DNA of 64,000 nucleotides. Source: Candidatus Latescibacterota bacterium. GTDB lineage: Bacteria; Latescibacterota; UBA2968; UBA8231. A program made the position numbers and the translations under genes. The stretch lies in NCBI GenBank assembly GCA_965200315.1, contig OZ241362.1, positions 1,728,001 to 1,792,000 of the forward strand. The letters are read 5' to 3'. Positions 1 to 8,225 of the stretch are shown piece after piece; within the stretch, counting starts at the first letter, position 1, and each line of letters starts with the position of its first letter. The notes beneath the pieces were generated by a model. It had not been told where the DNA came from. It did no database searches and saw only the letters and a list, made by a program, of their open reading frames with translations.

Positions 1-1629
1 CTGATTCCACCCGAAGTATTCACCTCTGACTACGATATTGGGGTTTTTCGCGATGTCGCTCCCCAGTTGGGGCTGGATGTGCTCGGGCTTTCGGGGGGGG
101 CCATTATGGAAGACTTTGACGGCGATGGCTACCTCGATATCATGGCTTCATCTTGGGGACTGCGCGACCCACTCCGCTACTTCCGTAACCAAGGAGGAGG
201 CATCTTCGCAGATCGCACACAAGCGGCAGGTTTGGAGGGTATTGTAGGTGGCTTGAATATCTGCCAAGCCGACTACGATAATAACGGCTATGCGGACGTA
301 CTGGTGCTGCGCGGTGCTTGGCTCGACGAGGGACGCTACCCCAACTCACTGTTAGCCAATCGGGGAAATGGGCACTTTTTCGATGCGACCGAGGCTGCCG
401 GCTTGCTCACTTTCCACCCAACACAGACAGCGACTTGGGGCGATTTCGACAACGACGGTTGGGTCGACCTATTTGTCGGCAACGAATCGCAGGGGCAGGC
501 CATTCATCCGTGCGAGTTGTTCCGCAACGGAGGCGAAGACTCTGGACGCGGAGTATCGGCGGTACAATTCGTCGATGTAGCCGATACAGCGGGACTCGAT
601 GTGGTCGGATGGGTCAAAGGAGTGGCCTGGGGCGACTACAACAACGATGGACAACTAGATCTGTACATCTCGCGTTTGAAACCCGAAGAATCTAATCTGC
701 TCTTTCGCAATCAGGGGAGCGGGCGTTTCGCCGATGTGACGGCCTCGGCAGGCGTAGCCGGACCGTCCTATAGTTTTCCGACTTGGTTCTGGGACTACGA
801 CAACGATGGGTGGCAGGATATATTTGTCGCCGGTTTCAAGGGTGAGGTAGCGGACGTGGCGGCCGCTTATTTGGGCCTGCCGCACCGCGCTGAAGAGCCT
901 CATCTATACCGCAACAACGGCGACGATACTTTTACCGATGTCACACGCAAGGTAGGGCTCAACGAACCCCTCCTAGCCATGGGCAGCAATTTCGGCGACC
1001 TAGACAACGACGGGTACCAAGATTGTTATATAGGCACCGGCGACCCGTATATGGCTACGCTAGTCCCCAACCGCATGTTCCGCAATGCCGACGGCAACTT
1101 CTTCCAAGATGTCACCACCTCGGGCGGCTTTGGACATCTGCAAAAGGGCCACGGTGTGGCTTTTGGAGATATTGACCACGATGGCGACCAAGATGTTTTT
1201 TCGGTCATTGGCGGGGCTTTTACCGGCGATACCTATCAGAACGTCCTCTTCGCCAATCCGGGTCACGGCAATCGCTGGATCAAGCTCCGACTCGAGGGCC
1301 GGCGCACCAATCGGGCCGCCATTGGAGCACGCGTAAAGGTGAGCGTGAACACCGCACATGGCAGCCGCGACATTTATTCCACAGTGACCAGCGGAGGCAG
1401 TTTTGGTGCCTCTAGTCTACAATGCGAAATAGGCCTGGGACAGGCTGAGTCTATCGAGGCGATTGAAATCGTCTGGCCCACCAGTGGGGAAGTGCAGCAT
1501 TTCAATGACATTGAAATGGACCAAGGTCTATACATCCACGAAGGTGATTCGCATCCAACTCGCTGGCAGTTTAAATCTTTTGTCATCGCCCCGGGCAATG
1601 AATCGGACGGGCTGGCACACAACCACTAG
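1..1629 (+). CDS. ASPIC/UnbV (CRTAC1-like) FG-GAP beta-propeller protein, 5'-truncated by window edge
   Basis: Frame is open from base 1 (LIPPEVFTSDY...). Repeated DxDxDGxxD FG-GAP motifs; C-terminal N-R-x-A-I-G-A-R-V...GLG...WP ASPIC/UnbV domain. Confidence 0.9.
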   Translation: MIPPEVFTSDYDIGVFRDVAPQLGLDVLGLSGGAIMEDFDGDGYLDIMASSWGLRDPLRYFRNQGGGIFADRTQAAGLEGIVGGLNICQADYDNNGYADVLVLRGAWLDEGRYPNSLLANRGNGHFFDATEAAGLLTFHPTQTATWGDFDNDGWVDLFVGNESQGQAIHPCELFRNGGEDSGRGVSAVQFVDVADTAGLDVVGWVKGVAWGDYNNDGQLDLYISRLKPEESNLLFRNQGSGRFADVTASAGVAGPSYSFPTWFWDYDNDGWQDIFVAGFKGEVADVAAAYLGLPHRAEEPHLYRNNGDDTFTDVTRKVGLNEPLLAMGSNFGDLDNDGYQDCYIGTGDPYMATLVPNRMFRNADGNFFQDVTTSGGFGHLQKGHGVAFGDIDHDGDQDVFSVIGGAFTGDTYQNVLFANPGHGNRWIKLRLEGRRTNRAAIGARVKVSVNTAHGSRDIYSTVTSGGSFGASSLQCEIGLGQAESIEAIEIVWPTSGEVQHFNDIEMDQGLYIHEGDSHPTRWQFKSFVIAPGNESDGLAHNH

Positions 1630-1686
1630 TCTTCCCTGCCGGTTTGGCAAGACTCCCGACGCTCTTTGAGAGAGGATAACTTCTCT

Positions 1687-3249
1687 ATGTATTTTCCAAA
1701 GCTACGGAAGACATCGAGTACCATTTGCCGAATCGGTCATGCAATTTCATTGATATGTATCCTGTACCACGTTGGAGCCGTGCATGGACAGGGTGACGAG
1801 GCAAGTGCTTCCTCAAGGTCAAGGAGCCAAGAGCATTATAGGCTCGGCCTGCTCCATGCCCAAAAGGGCGACTATGAAAACGCGGAGAGGGAGTACAAGC
1901 AAGCGATAAAATTAGATGCCTATAACATCTATCCGCACGACGGCCTCGGTTTCATTTACGCCCTACAAAGCAGATTGGGCGAGGCGGAAGAAGAATTTGC
2001 CAAGGTACTCCAGATTGATCCGGGCTACGCACCGACACACTACAAGTTGGGTAAAATTTTTTTTATTCGCCAAGAGTACGACAAGGCTTTCGCTTCTTAC
2101 CAAAAGGCCATTGAGGCCAACCCCAAGTATTTTCCCGCCCACCACGGCTTGGGTGTCCTCTACGTGCAGACCCAAGAGCGGGCTAAGGCAGCAGAGCATT
2201 TCAAAGCAGCTATCGACCTCAACCCCAACTACGGGCCCTCTCGCTACCGGCTCGGAGCGATATATCTAGAAGAAGGGATCTATTCTCAAGCCGTAGAGGA
2301 ATTGCGGCAGGCGGCCCAGCTAGTCGCCAACGAACCGTCTATCCACTTTGTATTGGGGAATGCCTATATGTCAATAGGCAAGCTTTCAGAGGCCGCAGAA
2401 TCATTCCGCAGAACATTGCAACTGGAGCCGAGTTGGGCCGAGGTACACGATAAACTGGGCTTGGTCTACACCGATCAGTCCTTGGCCCTGCTGGGGGCCG
2501 TCATGGCGGACCAAGACAAGCTAGCAGCCGCTGTTGAGGAGCATCGCAAGGCCGTGGACTTGGCCCCTGAAAACGGTTGGTTCCAGCACAATCTAGGTAT
2601 GGCCTATGAACGCCAACGACAGTACGACGAAGCAGCGAAGCAGTTCGTCAAGGCACTCGCAGTCAATCCCGATATGGCCTACACCCGTTATCGGCTCGGT
2701 ATGATCTACTCGAGAGACAAAAAATACCAAGATGCTATTGAGGAATACCAAGATGCCATCCGGCTCGAGCCCGACCGGTCGGTTTTCCACTACGCCTTGG
2801 GGGCCGTATACGCCAAGATCGGCAGAGGGGAAGAAGCGATTGGCAAATTCAAAAAAGCCATCGAACTCGACTACTATAATGCCGAAGCACATTTCGGTCT
2901 GGCCAACGCCTATCTGAAACGGGGCAAAAGCGAGGCGGGCGCAAAGGAGATGGGAATCTTCAAAAAACTGCGCGAAGGCAATATAGCGGATCTGGAACAG
3001 CGGGTCGTCTTAGTGCCCGATAATCCAAAGTACCACGGCGAATTAGCCGCTCACTATACTCAACAGGGCAGATATATAAAGGCGATCAATGAGTACAAGC
3101 AGGCCATCGGTCTCGATCCGCATAATCTCGAGTATCGCCGGTTGCTCAAAGATGCCTATGTCAAAGCAGGGCGCTATCGGGAAGCGGAAGAGCAACAGGA
3201 GATTATCCAGCACTTGGACGCCAAACGACAGCAGACTCCCACCCCATAG
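1687..3249 (+). CDS. Tetratricopeptide repeat protein with N-terminal signal/hydrophobic segment
   Basis: About a dozen TPR-like units (A..HY.LG..Y...G.Y..A...Y.KAI.L.P). ATG 1687 preferred over TTG 1666 because GAGAGG lies upstream. Confidence 0.88.
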   Translation: MYFPKLRKTSSTICRIGHAISLICILYHVGAVHGQGDEASASSRSRSQEHYRLGLLHAQKGDYENAEREYKQAIKLDAYNIYPHDGLGFIYALQSRLGEAEEEFAKVLQIDPGYAPTHYKLGKIFFIRQEYDKAFASYQKAIEANPKYFPAHHGLGVLYVQTQERAKAAEHFKAAIDLNPNYGPSRYRLGAIYLEEGIYSQAVEELRQAAQLVANEPSIHFVLGNAYMSIGKLSEAAESFRRTLQLEPSWAEVHDKLGLVYTDQSLALLGAVMADQDKLAAAVEEHRKAVDLAPENGWFQHNLGMAYERQRQYDEAAKQFVKALAVNPDMAYTRYRLGMIYSRDKKYQDAIEEYQDAIRLEPDRSVFHYALGAVYAKIGRGEEAIGKFKKAIELDYYNAEAHFGLANAYLKRGKSEAGAKEMGIFKKLREGNIADLEQRVVLVPDNPKYHGELAAHYTQQGRYIKAINEYKQAIGLDPHNLEYRRLLKDAYVKAGRYREAEEQQEIIQHLDAKRQQTPTP

Positions 3250-3264
3250 AGACTGTTGGTTTAT

Positions 3265-4938
3265 ATGCATTTCTTTTTTCTCCTACTCATTTCCTCACGG
3301 CTTTTAGCTGTCGAAGGACGAGTAGAGGGGCGAGTCCAGTTCGTGGATGTAGCGGAGGAAGTGGGGATTGTGGCGCAGAACGTCTCCGGGGATAGCGAGC
3401 AGACGTACTTGGTCGACAGCATGATGGGAGGATCGGCTTTTTTCGACTACGACCAAGACGGCGATGTGGATTTGTACATCTTGAACGGGTCGAAGGTGGT
3501 TGGCTTTCCAGACCAAGAGCACCCGCGCAATACCTTTTATAGAAACGAACAGGGAAAATTCGTCGATGCTACCGATGAAGCGAACTTGGGTGACGCGGGC
3601 TGGGGTATGGGATGCGCCGTCGGCGATTATAACAACGATGGCGACTTGGACATTTATATAACCAACTACGGCAGGAACGTACTGTACGCTAACCAAGGCG
3701 ACGGGACTTTTGTCGATATGACCGAGTACGCCCAAGTAGGAGATGAGCGATTCGGTACAGGATGCGCCTTCCTCGATTACGACGGCGACGGATATCTAGA
3801 TATGTACGTAGCCAACTACGTCGATTTCAAGCACTTTCTGCAGACCACTCCCAATAAGTCCTATATGTGGAAAGGTTTAAGGGTTCACTTCGGACCGCGC
3901 GGAATGAAGGGGAGTGGGGATATCCTATATCGCAACCAAGGCGACGGGACTTTTGCCGATGTGACCGTAGAGGCGCGGGTGGTGGACCAAGATAAGCTCT
4001 ACGGTATGGGCGTGATCGGTGGCGATTACGACCGAGATGGCGATGTGGACATCTATGTGGCCAACGACACGGGGGCCAATTTCCTTTATCAGAACCAAGG
4101 CGACGGGACTTTTGCCGATATCGGCTGGATGACCGGTGCTGCCTATGGCGAAAGTGGCGAGGCTCAAGGCTGCATGGGTATTGCCTATGGGGATTACGAC
4201 AACGACCTGTACCAAGACATATTAGTCACCAACTTCTGGGAGCAGACCAATACGCTTTACCACAACGACCGCGGCACATTCTTTTCCGATTTCAGCTTTG
4301 ACGCCGGCGTGGGCAAGGAGAGTTTCCAGTTTTTGGCTTGGGGCACCGAGTTTTTCGACTATGACAACGACGGTGATAAAGATCTTTTCGTGGCCAATGG
4401 CCACCTCTTTCCACAATTGGACAGGGCCAATCTAGGCACTAGCTATGCCCAGACCAATCAACTCTTTGAAAATTTGGGCGACGGTACCTTCGTCGAGGTA
4501 TCGCCGTTATCGGGGCAGGGCTTAGGTATTAAAAAAGTGAGCAGAGGGGCTTCCTTTGGAGATTACGACGATGATGGGGATATAGACATATTTGTCCTGA
4601 ATATCAACGATCGCCCCACTTTGTTGCGCAATGATGGTGGTAACGAGAACAACTGGTTAGTGGTCAAGACTATAGGCACTGAAAGCAACAGAGACGGCAT
4701 AGGGGCTAGAATTGAGGTCCGCTGCGGCGAGCTCACGCAAAGCACCGAAATCCGGAGTGGTGCCAGCTATCTCTCGCACAATGACTTGAGAGCCCATTTC
4801 GGCTTGGGGCAAAGAGTAGCCATAGACTTGTTGGTAGTGCATTGGCCAAGTGGCCGACAAGAACGGTTTGAAAACCTCTCTGCCAATAGACTCGTGGTTC
4901 TGCAAGAGGGCGCGGGCATTGTCCACATAGGTCAATAG
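3265..4938 (+). CDS. ASPIC/UnbV (CRTAC1-like) FG-GAP protein, secreted
   Basis: Signal peptide MHFFFLLLISSRLLA; FG-GAP repeats; SRGASFGDYDDDGDID; NRDGIGARI...HFGLG...WPSG. Confidence 0.92.
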   Translation: MHFFFLLLISSRLLAVEGRVEGRVQFVDVAEEVGIVAQNVSGDSEQTYLVDSMMGGSAFFDYDQDGDVDLYILNGSKVVGFPDQEHPRNTFYRNEQGKFVDATDEANLGDAGWGMGCAVGDYNNDGDLDIYITNYGRNVLYANQGDGTFVDMTEYAQVGDERFGTGCAFLDYDGDGYLDMYVANYVDFKHFLQTTPNKSYMWKGLRVHFGPRGMKGSGDILYRNQGDGTFADVTVEARVVDQDKLYGMGVIGGDYDRDGDVDIYVANDTGANFLYQNQGDGTFADIGWMTGAAYGESGEAQGCMGIAYGDYDNDLYQDILVTNFWEQTNTLYHNDRGTFFSDFSFDAGVGKESFQFLAWGTEFFDYDNDGDKDLFVANGHLFPQLDRANLGTSYAQTNQLFENLGDGTFVEVSPLSGQGLGIKKVSRGASFGDYDDDGDIDIFVLNINDRPTLLRNDGGNENNWLVVKTIGTESNRDGIGARIEVRCGELTQSTEIRSGASYLSHNDLRAHFGLGQRVAIDLLVVHWPSGRQERFENLSANRLVVLQEGAGIVHIGQ

Positions 4939-5217
4939 TTCGTACTCTTCTTGCGATTTCGGCTAATTTTATAGAGATATTTCATATATAAGTATTTATA
5001 AATAAATATTTTATGTCTTTGTTATTGTGAGTTTCATAAAAACAATGCTTTACAAAAATCAGCTTGATTTCCCAGTCTTATTTCTTTATATGTTAATACG
5101 TTATTTTGTAGCTTCACCTACCTTACTACCGAAAAATATTTGAAAGGAGGAGACAAAAAGCCCTTTGAGCAACAAACCGCTAAAAAAGCAATTTTCTCCC
5201 ACAGGAAAGGACTTTGG
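4939..5217 (+). promoter_or_regulatory. AT-rich intergenic promoter region
   Basis: Abrupt AT-rich stretch; TTGATT at 5064 with TATATG/TATGTT 17-19 nt downstream; AGGAAAGG RBS before 5218/5221. Confidence 0.5.
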
Positions 5218-5220
5218 GTG

Positions 5221-6147
5221 ATGAGCAGAACAATGAGTTGTAGCCTCTTGGCATTAAGTTTTGTCCTTTTCACCGTCGTGGCCAGTTCGGCTCACCTGCG
5301 GACAGACAGAAACTGGGCCGCAGTTCAGGTGCCTATTGGCGTCGATGGCATAAGAGATGTCCAGATGGACGGAGACATAAGTGAATGGGACAACGTGCCT
5401 TCGGTCTTCTGGGTGACCCATGAAGATCTGATCGAGACCGTCACCGGCACCCAAGGGGATCCCGACCCTTCCAATCTAGCCGAGCGCATCATTTTCGGCT
5501 GGAGTCCAGTGACCAACATTTTGTATTTCATGGAGGAAAGGTTTGACGACCTCTTTTACGGGACCATCGAAAATAATTTCGATACGGTTGAGGTGACCTT
5601 GGACTTCGACCACAGCGGCGACGCCATCTTCCAGAATGTACAATCGGCGGATTTGGATCCAGAAAGGTGGGAAGGGGCCCTATCCCAGAATTACCGCTAC
5701 ACGCTACACCAAGAAAATCATATGTGGCTCTGGGGCGGAGCTCCATGGGCAGGAGTCGAGCCTTATTCTGGTGCCAAATGGAGTTTTGAGGGTGATATCA
5801 ACGGCGGTGCCGGTACCCTGTTCATGGAGATGTGGTTCACTCCCTTCGACGATTTGCCTACCAGCTCTACGGGCATAGATGACGAAGATGTGATCGTCCA
5901 CACTATGCAGGCGGGCGAAATCATGGGTATTGGTTTTGCCGTTCAGGACGATGACAACGGTGCCGAAGGCTCGTACAACGGCTACTGGACCAATAGCGGC
6001 GACACGGAAATCTATTTCAAAGCTACCGCTATGGTTGACTATGTCCTACTCCCCTTTGATGAGAGTATCTGGGTAGCAGGTGAAGACGTAGGTACTGCTG
6101 TCGAGTCGGATAGCTGGGGGGACATCAAGGCGAGTTTTTCCCGCTAA
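5221..6147 (+). CDS. Secreted acidic protein with CBM9/DOMON-like sugar-binding features and a C-terminal SWGxIK motif
   Basis: Signal peptide ending VVASSA; MDGDISEW and IGFAVQDDD resemble CBM9-like motifs; ends TAVESDSWGDIKASFSR. Start 5218/5221 by RBS. Confidence 0.7.
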   Translation: MSRTMSCSLLALSFVLFTVVASSAHLRTDRNWAAVQVPIGVDGIRDVQMDGDISEWDNVPSVFWVTHEDLIETVTGTQGDPDPSNLAERIIFGWSPVTNILYFMEERFDDLFYGTIENNFDTVEVTLDFDHSGDAIFQNVQSADLDPERWEGALSQNYRYTLHQENHMWLWGGAPWAGVEPYSGAKWSFEGDINGGAGTLFMEMWFTPFDDLPTSSTGIDDEDVIVHTMQAGEIMGIGFAVQDDDNGAEGSYNGYWTNSGDTEIYFKATAMVDYVLLPFDESIWVAGEDVGTAVESDSWGDIKASFSR

Positions 6148-6177
6148 GGATAAGAAGTAAGAGAAAATGAGCAGTTC

Positions 6178-6208
6178 AGGGGGCGAGGTCATCTTCGCCC
6201 CCTTTTTT
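6178..6208 (+). terminator. Rho-independent terminator
   Basis: AGGGGGCGA-ggtcatct-TCGCCCCCT followed by a T run. Confidence 0.85.
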
Positions 6209-6233
6209 AATAATTTTGCCAAAGGATTGGGCT

Positions 6234-8183
6234 GTGCTCTTACCTAAGTCAATAGGGTTCCTTTTACTCGTATTGCTGGGTGTCGGCCTCTGCCCTCAAA
6301 ATGTCTCCGGCGTGGTCATTTATAGAATTGGCACACCCTTTTCAACAACAGAAAAAGACAGTCTTGCAAGTCTTGGCATTGATTTCAGGGAAATCGACTG
6401 GTCGGTCTCCCAACTGCAGGATGGCCTCGACCTCGACTCTTTGCCGGCTGGTTCACTGCAACCTAACTACTTTGATGAGGACGAAGACATCGCCGCGACC
6501 CTATTGAGCAGAGGCGGCTGGGTACGGGTACGGCTTTTCGCCAACCAAAATAAACTGATTGGAGAGGTCTTGGTCGATGGCGATCCGACTACGGGCCTCA
6601 CATGGCCCGCCGTAGCTCCAGAGAGCTTTCAGGTGGGCACTTCGCGGACTCTCAGTGAACAATTGACTTTTGATTTGGGCGGGCGATTTCTCATCCGGGA
6701 AGTGAGATTCCGTCCTCTGGCGGAAAAGCCAGAGCACTTTGTGGAGCGGCTCTCCATTGGCTCTCTGGATGAGAGGCTGGTCAATATTGGCAACAGAATG
6801 TCCTATTTCCCGACCATAGCCGAGGTAAAAGAAAATACCGAACCTGAAGTCAGCGTGATTTTAGACCCACCGATATCGACTCAAACGATCCAATTACTGA
6901 TTCTTCGCGACACACCCAAGGAAATAGGACTCGCCGATTTTGAACTCTACGGCGGTGGTTTCGTAGCCCGAGCCTCGTATGAGTCCGAAGTAGTCGATCT
7001 AGGCGGCTTGGCCAGTTGGGGTGAAATTCGCTGGTCGGGCCGGCAAGATACGGACGCCCGGGTCGATATCCGCACTCGGACAGGCGCAGACCCACATCCC
7101 GACATTTTTTGGCAACTGCGACCCGAGCAGCGGGACAGCGTACAATTTCGCGATGGCGGTGGCGACTTGACCCTGAGCGAATACAAGCACCGCTACAGCA
7201 AGCTGCTCGATGTTCTCAAGCCGGTAGAACCCCGGGATAGAGTGAGCCCCGATACGGAAAACTGGAGTTTCTGGTCCAGTCCCTACCTGTTTGAAAACTC
7301 GGGGACCAGCATCGTTTCTCCTAGTCCTCGCCAATTTTTACAACTCAAAGTGGACTTCTTTTCCACAATCGAGGATGGGGGCAAGATCGATTATGTCGAG
7401 TTCAAGGCCTCAGTTCCGCCGGCCGTACACGGCTTAGTGGGAGAGATTTTCCCAGTGGATACCCAAGTGGGGCAAGCGACGCATTTCACTTACTTCATCC
7501 GGCCGAGCATCCGGGCCGGCGACACGGGCTTTGACGGCGTGGAGATTTCCACACCCTCGGGGGTGACTTCAGTCGATTCGCTACGTATAGATGGCATTAA
7601 CTACAACGACTTTATCTGGGCAAGGACTGCGGATGGCTTGGGTTTTGAGCTCAACTTTCCGCGCAAGCTGGAGCCGAACGACAGCGGGGCCCTGATCGAG
7701 GTGGTGTTCAACGCGCCGGTGCTGCGGGAAGTGGGCACCCTGTTTACTGGTAAAGTGTTCAATAGCGCCGAGCCGAATGAGGTGCGCCAGCGTATCAACC
7801 CGGGCAACGCCGCCGACGAGATTGAGAGCGACGGGATTGCAGTAAAAACATCGCTGAGCAGCTCACTGGTATTTGCACCACAGATTGGGCCCAATCCCTT
7901 TACGCCCAATGGCGATGCCATCAACGACATGGCGCATATTTCCTATAAGCTCTTGAGGGTGACATCCCAAGTTCCGGTCTCCGTGGCAATCTTCGACCTG
8001 TCCGGCCGACTACTTAAGCAAATATACGCTGGGGACATTCCCATCGGAGAGTATTCCCACTCTTGGGATGGGACTGACCACTTCAACCGGCTGGTTCCCC
8101 CAGGACTATACTTGTATCGAATAGCGGTAGACATCCAATCGGAAGAGGGTATCAAGAGTGGCGTTATAGCCGTGGCCTATTGA
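6234..8183 (+). CDS. Secreted protein with discoidin/F5-8C-like region and C-terminal FlgD/T9SS-like Ig domain (paralog 1)
   Basis: Signal peptide; C-terminus PNPFTPNGDAIND...IFDLSGRL...WDGTD...PGLYLYRI...AVAY. GTG 6234 follows AAGGA (ORF track starts at 6216). Confidence 0.75.
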   Translation: MLLPKSIGFLLLVLLGVGLCPQNVSGVVIYRIGTPFSTTEKDSLASLGIDFREIDWSVSQLQDGLDLDSLPAGSLQPNYFDEDEDIAATLLSRGGWVRVRLFANQNKLIGEVLVDGDPTTGLTWPAVAPESFQVGTSRTLSEQLTFDLGGRFLIREVRFRPLAEKPEHFVERLSIGSLDERLVNIGNRMSYFPTIAEVKENTEPEVSVILDPPISTQTIQLLILRDTPKEIGLADFELYGGGFVARASYESEVVDLGGLASWGEIRWSGRQDTDARVDIRTRTGADPHPDIFWQLRPEQRDSVQFRDGGGDLTLSEYKHRYSKLLDVLKPVEPRDRVSPDTENWSFWSSPYLFENSGTSIVSPSPRQFLQLKVDFFSTIEDGGKIDYVEFKASVPPAVHGLVGEIFPVDTQVGQATHFTYFIRPSIRAGDTGFDGVEISTPSGVTSVDSLRIDGINYNDFIWARTADGLGFELNFPRKLEPNDSGALIEVVFNAPVLREVGTLFTGKVFNSAEPNEVRQRINPGNAADEIESDGIAVKTSLSSSLVFAPQIGPNPFTPNGDAINDMAHISYKLLRVTSQVPVSVAIFDLSGRLLKQIYAGDIPIGEYSHSWDGTDHFNRLVPPGLYLYRIAVDIQSEEGIKSGVIAVAY

Positions 8184-8225
8184 TTTTTAATCGCTCCCCA
8201 GATGAATAAATACGAGAGAGGCCCA

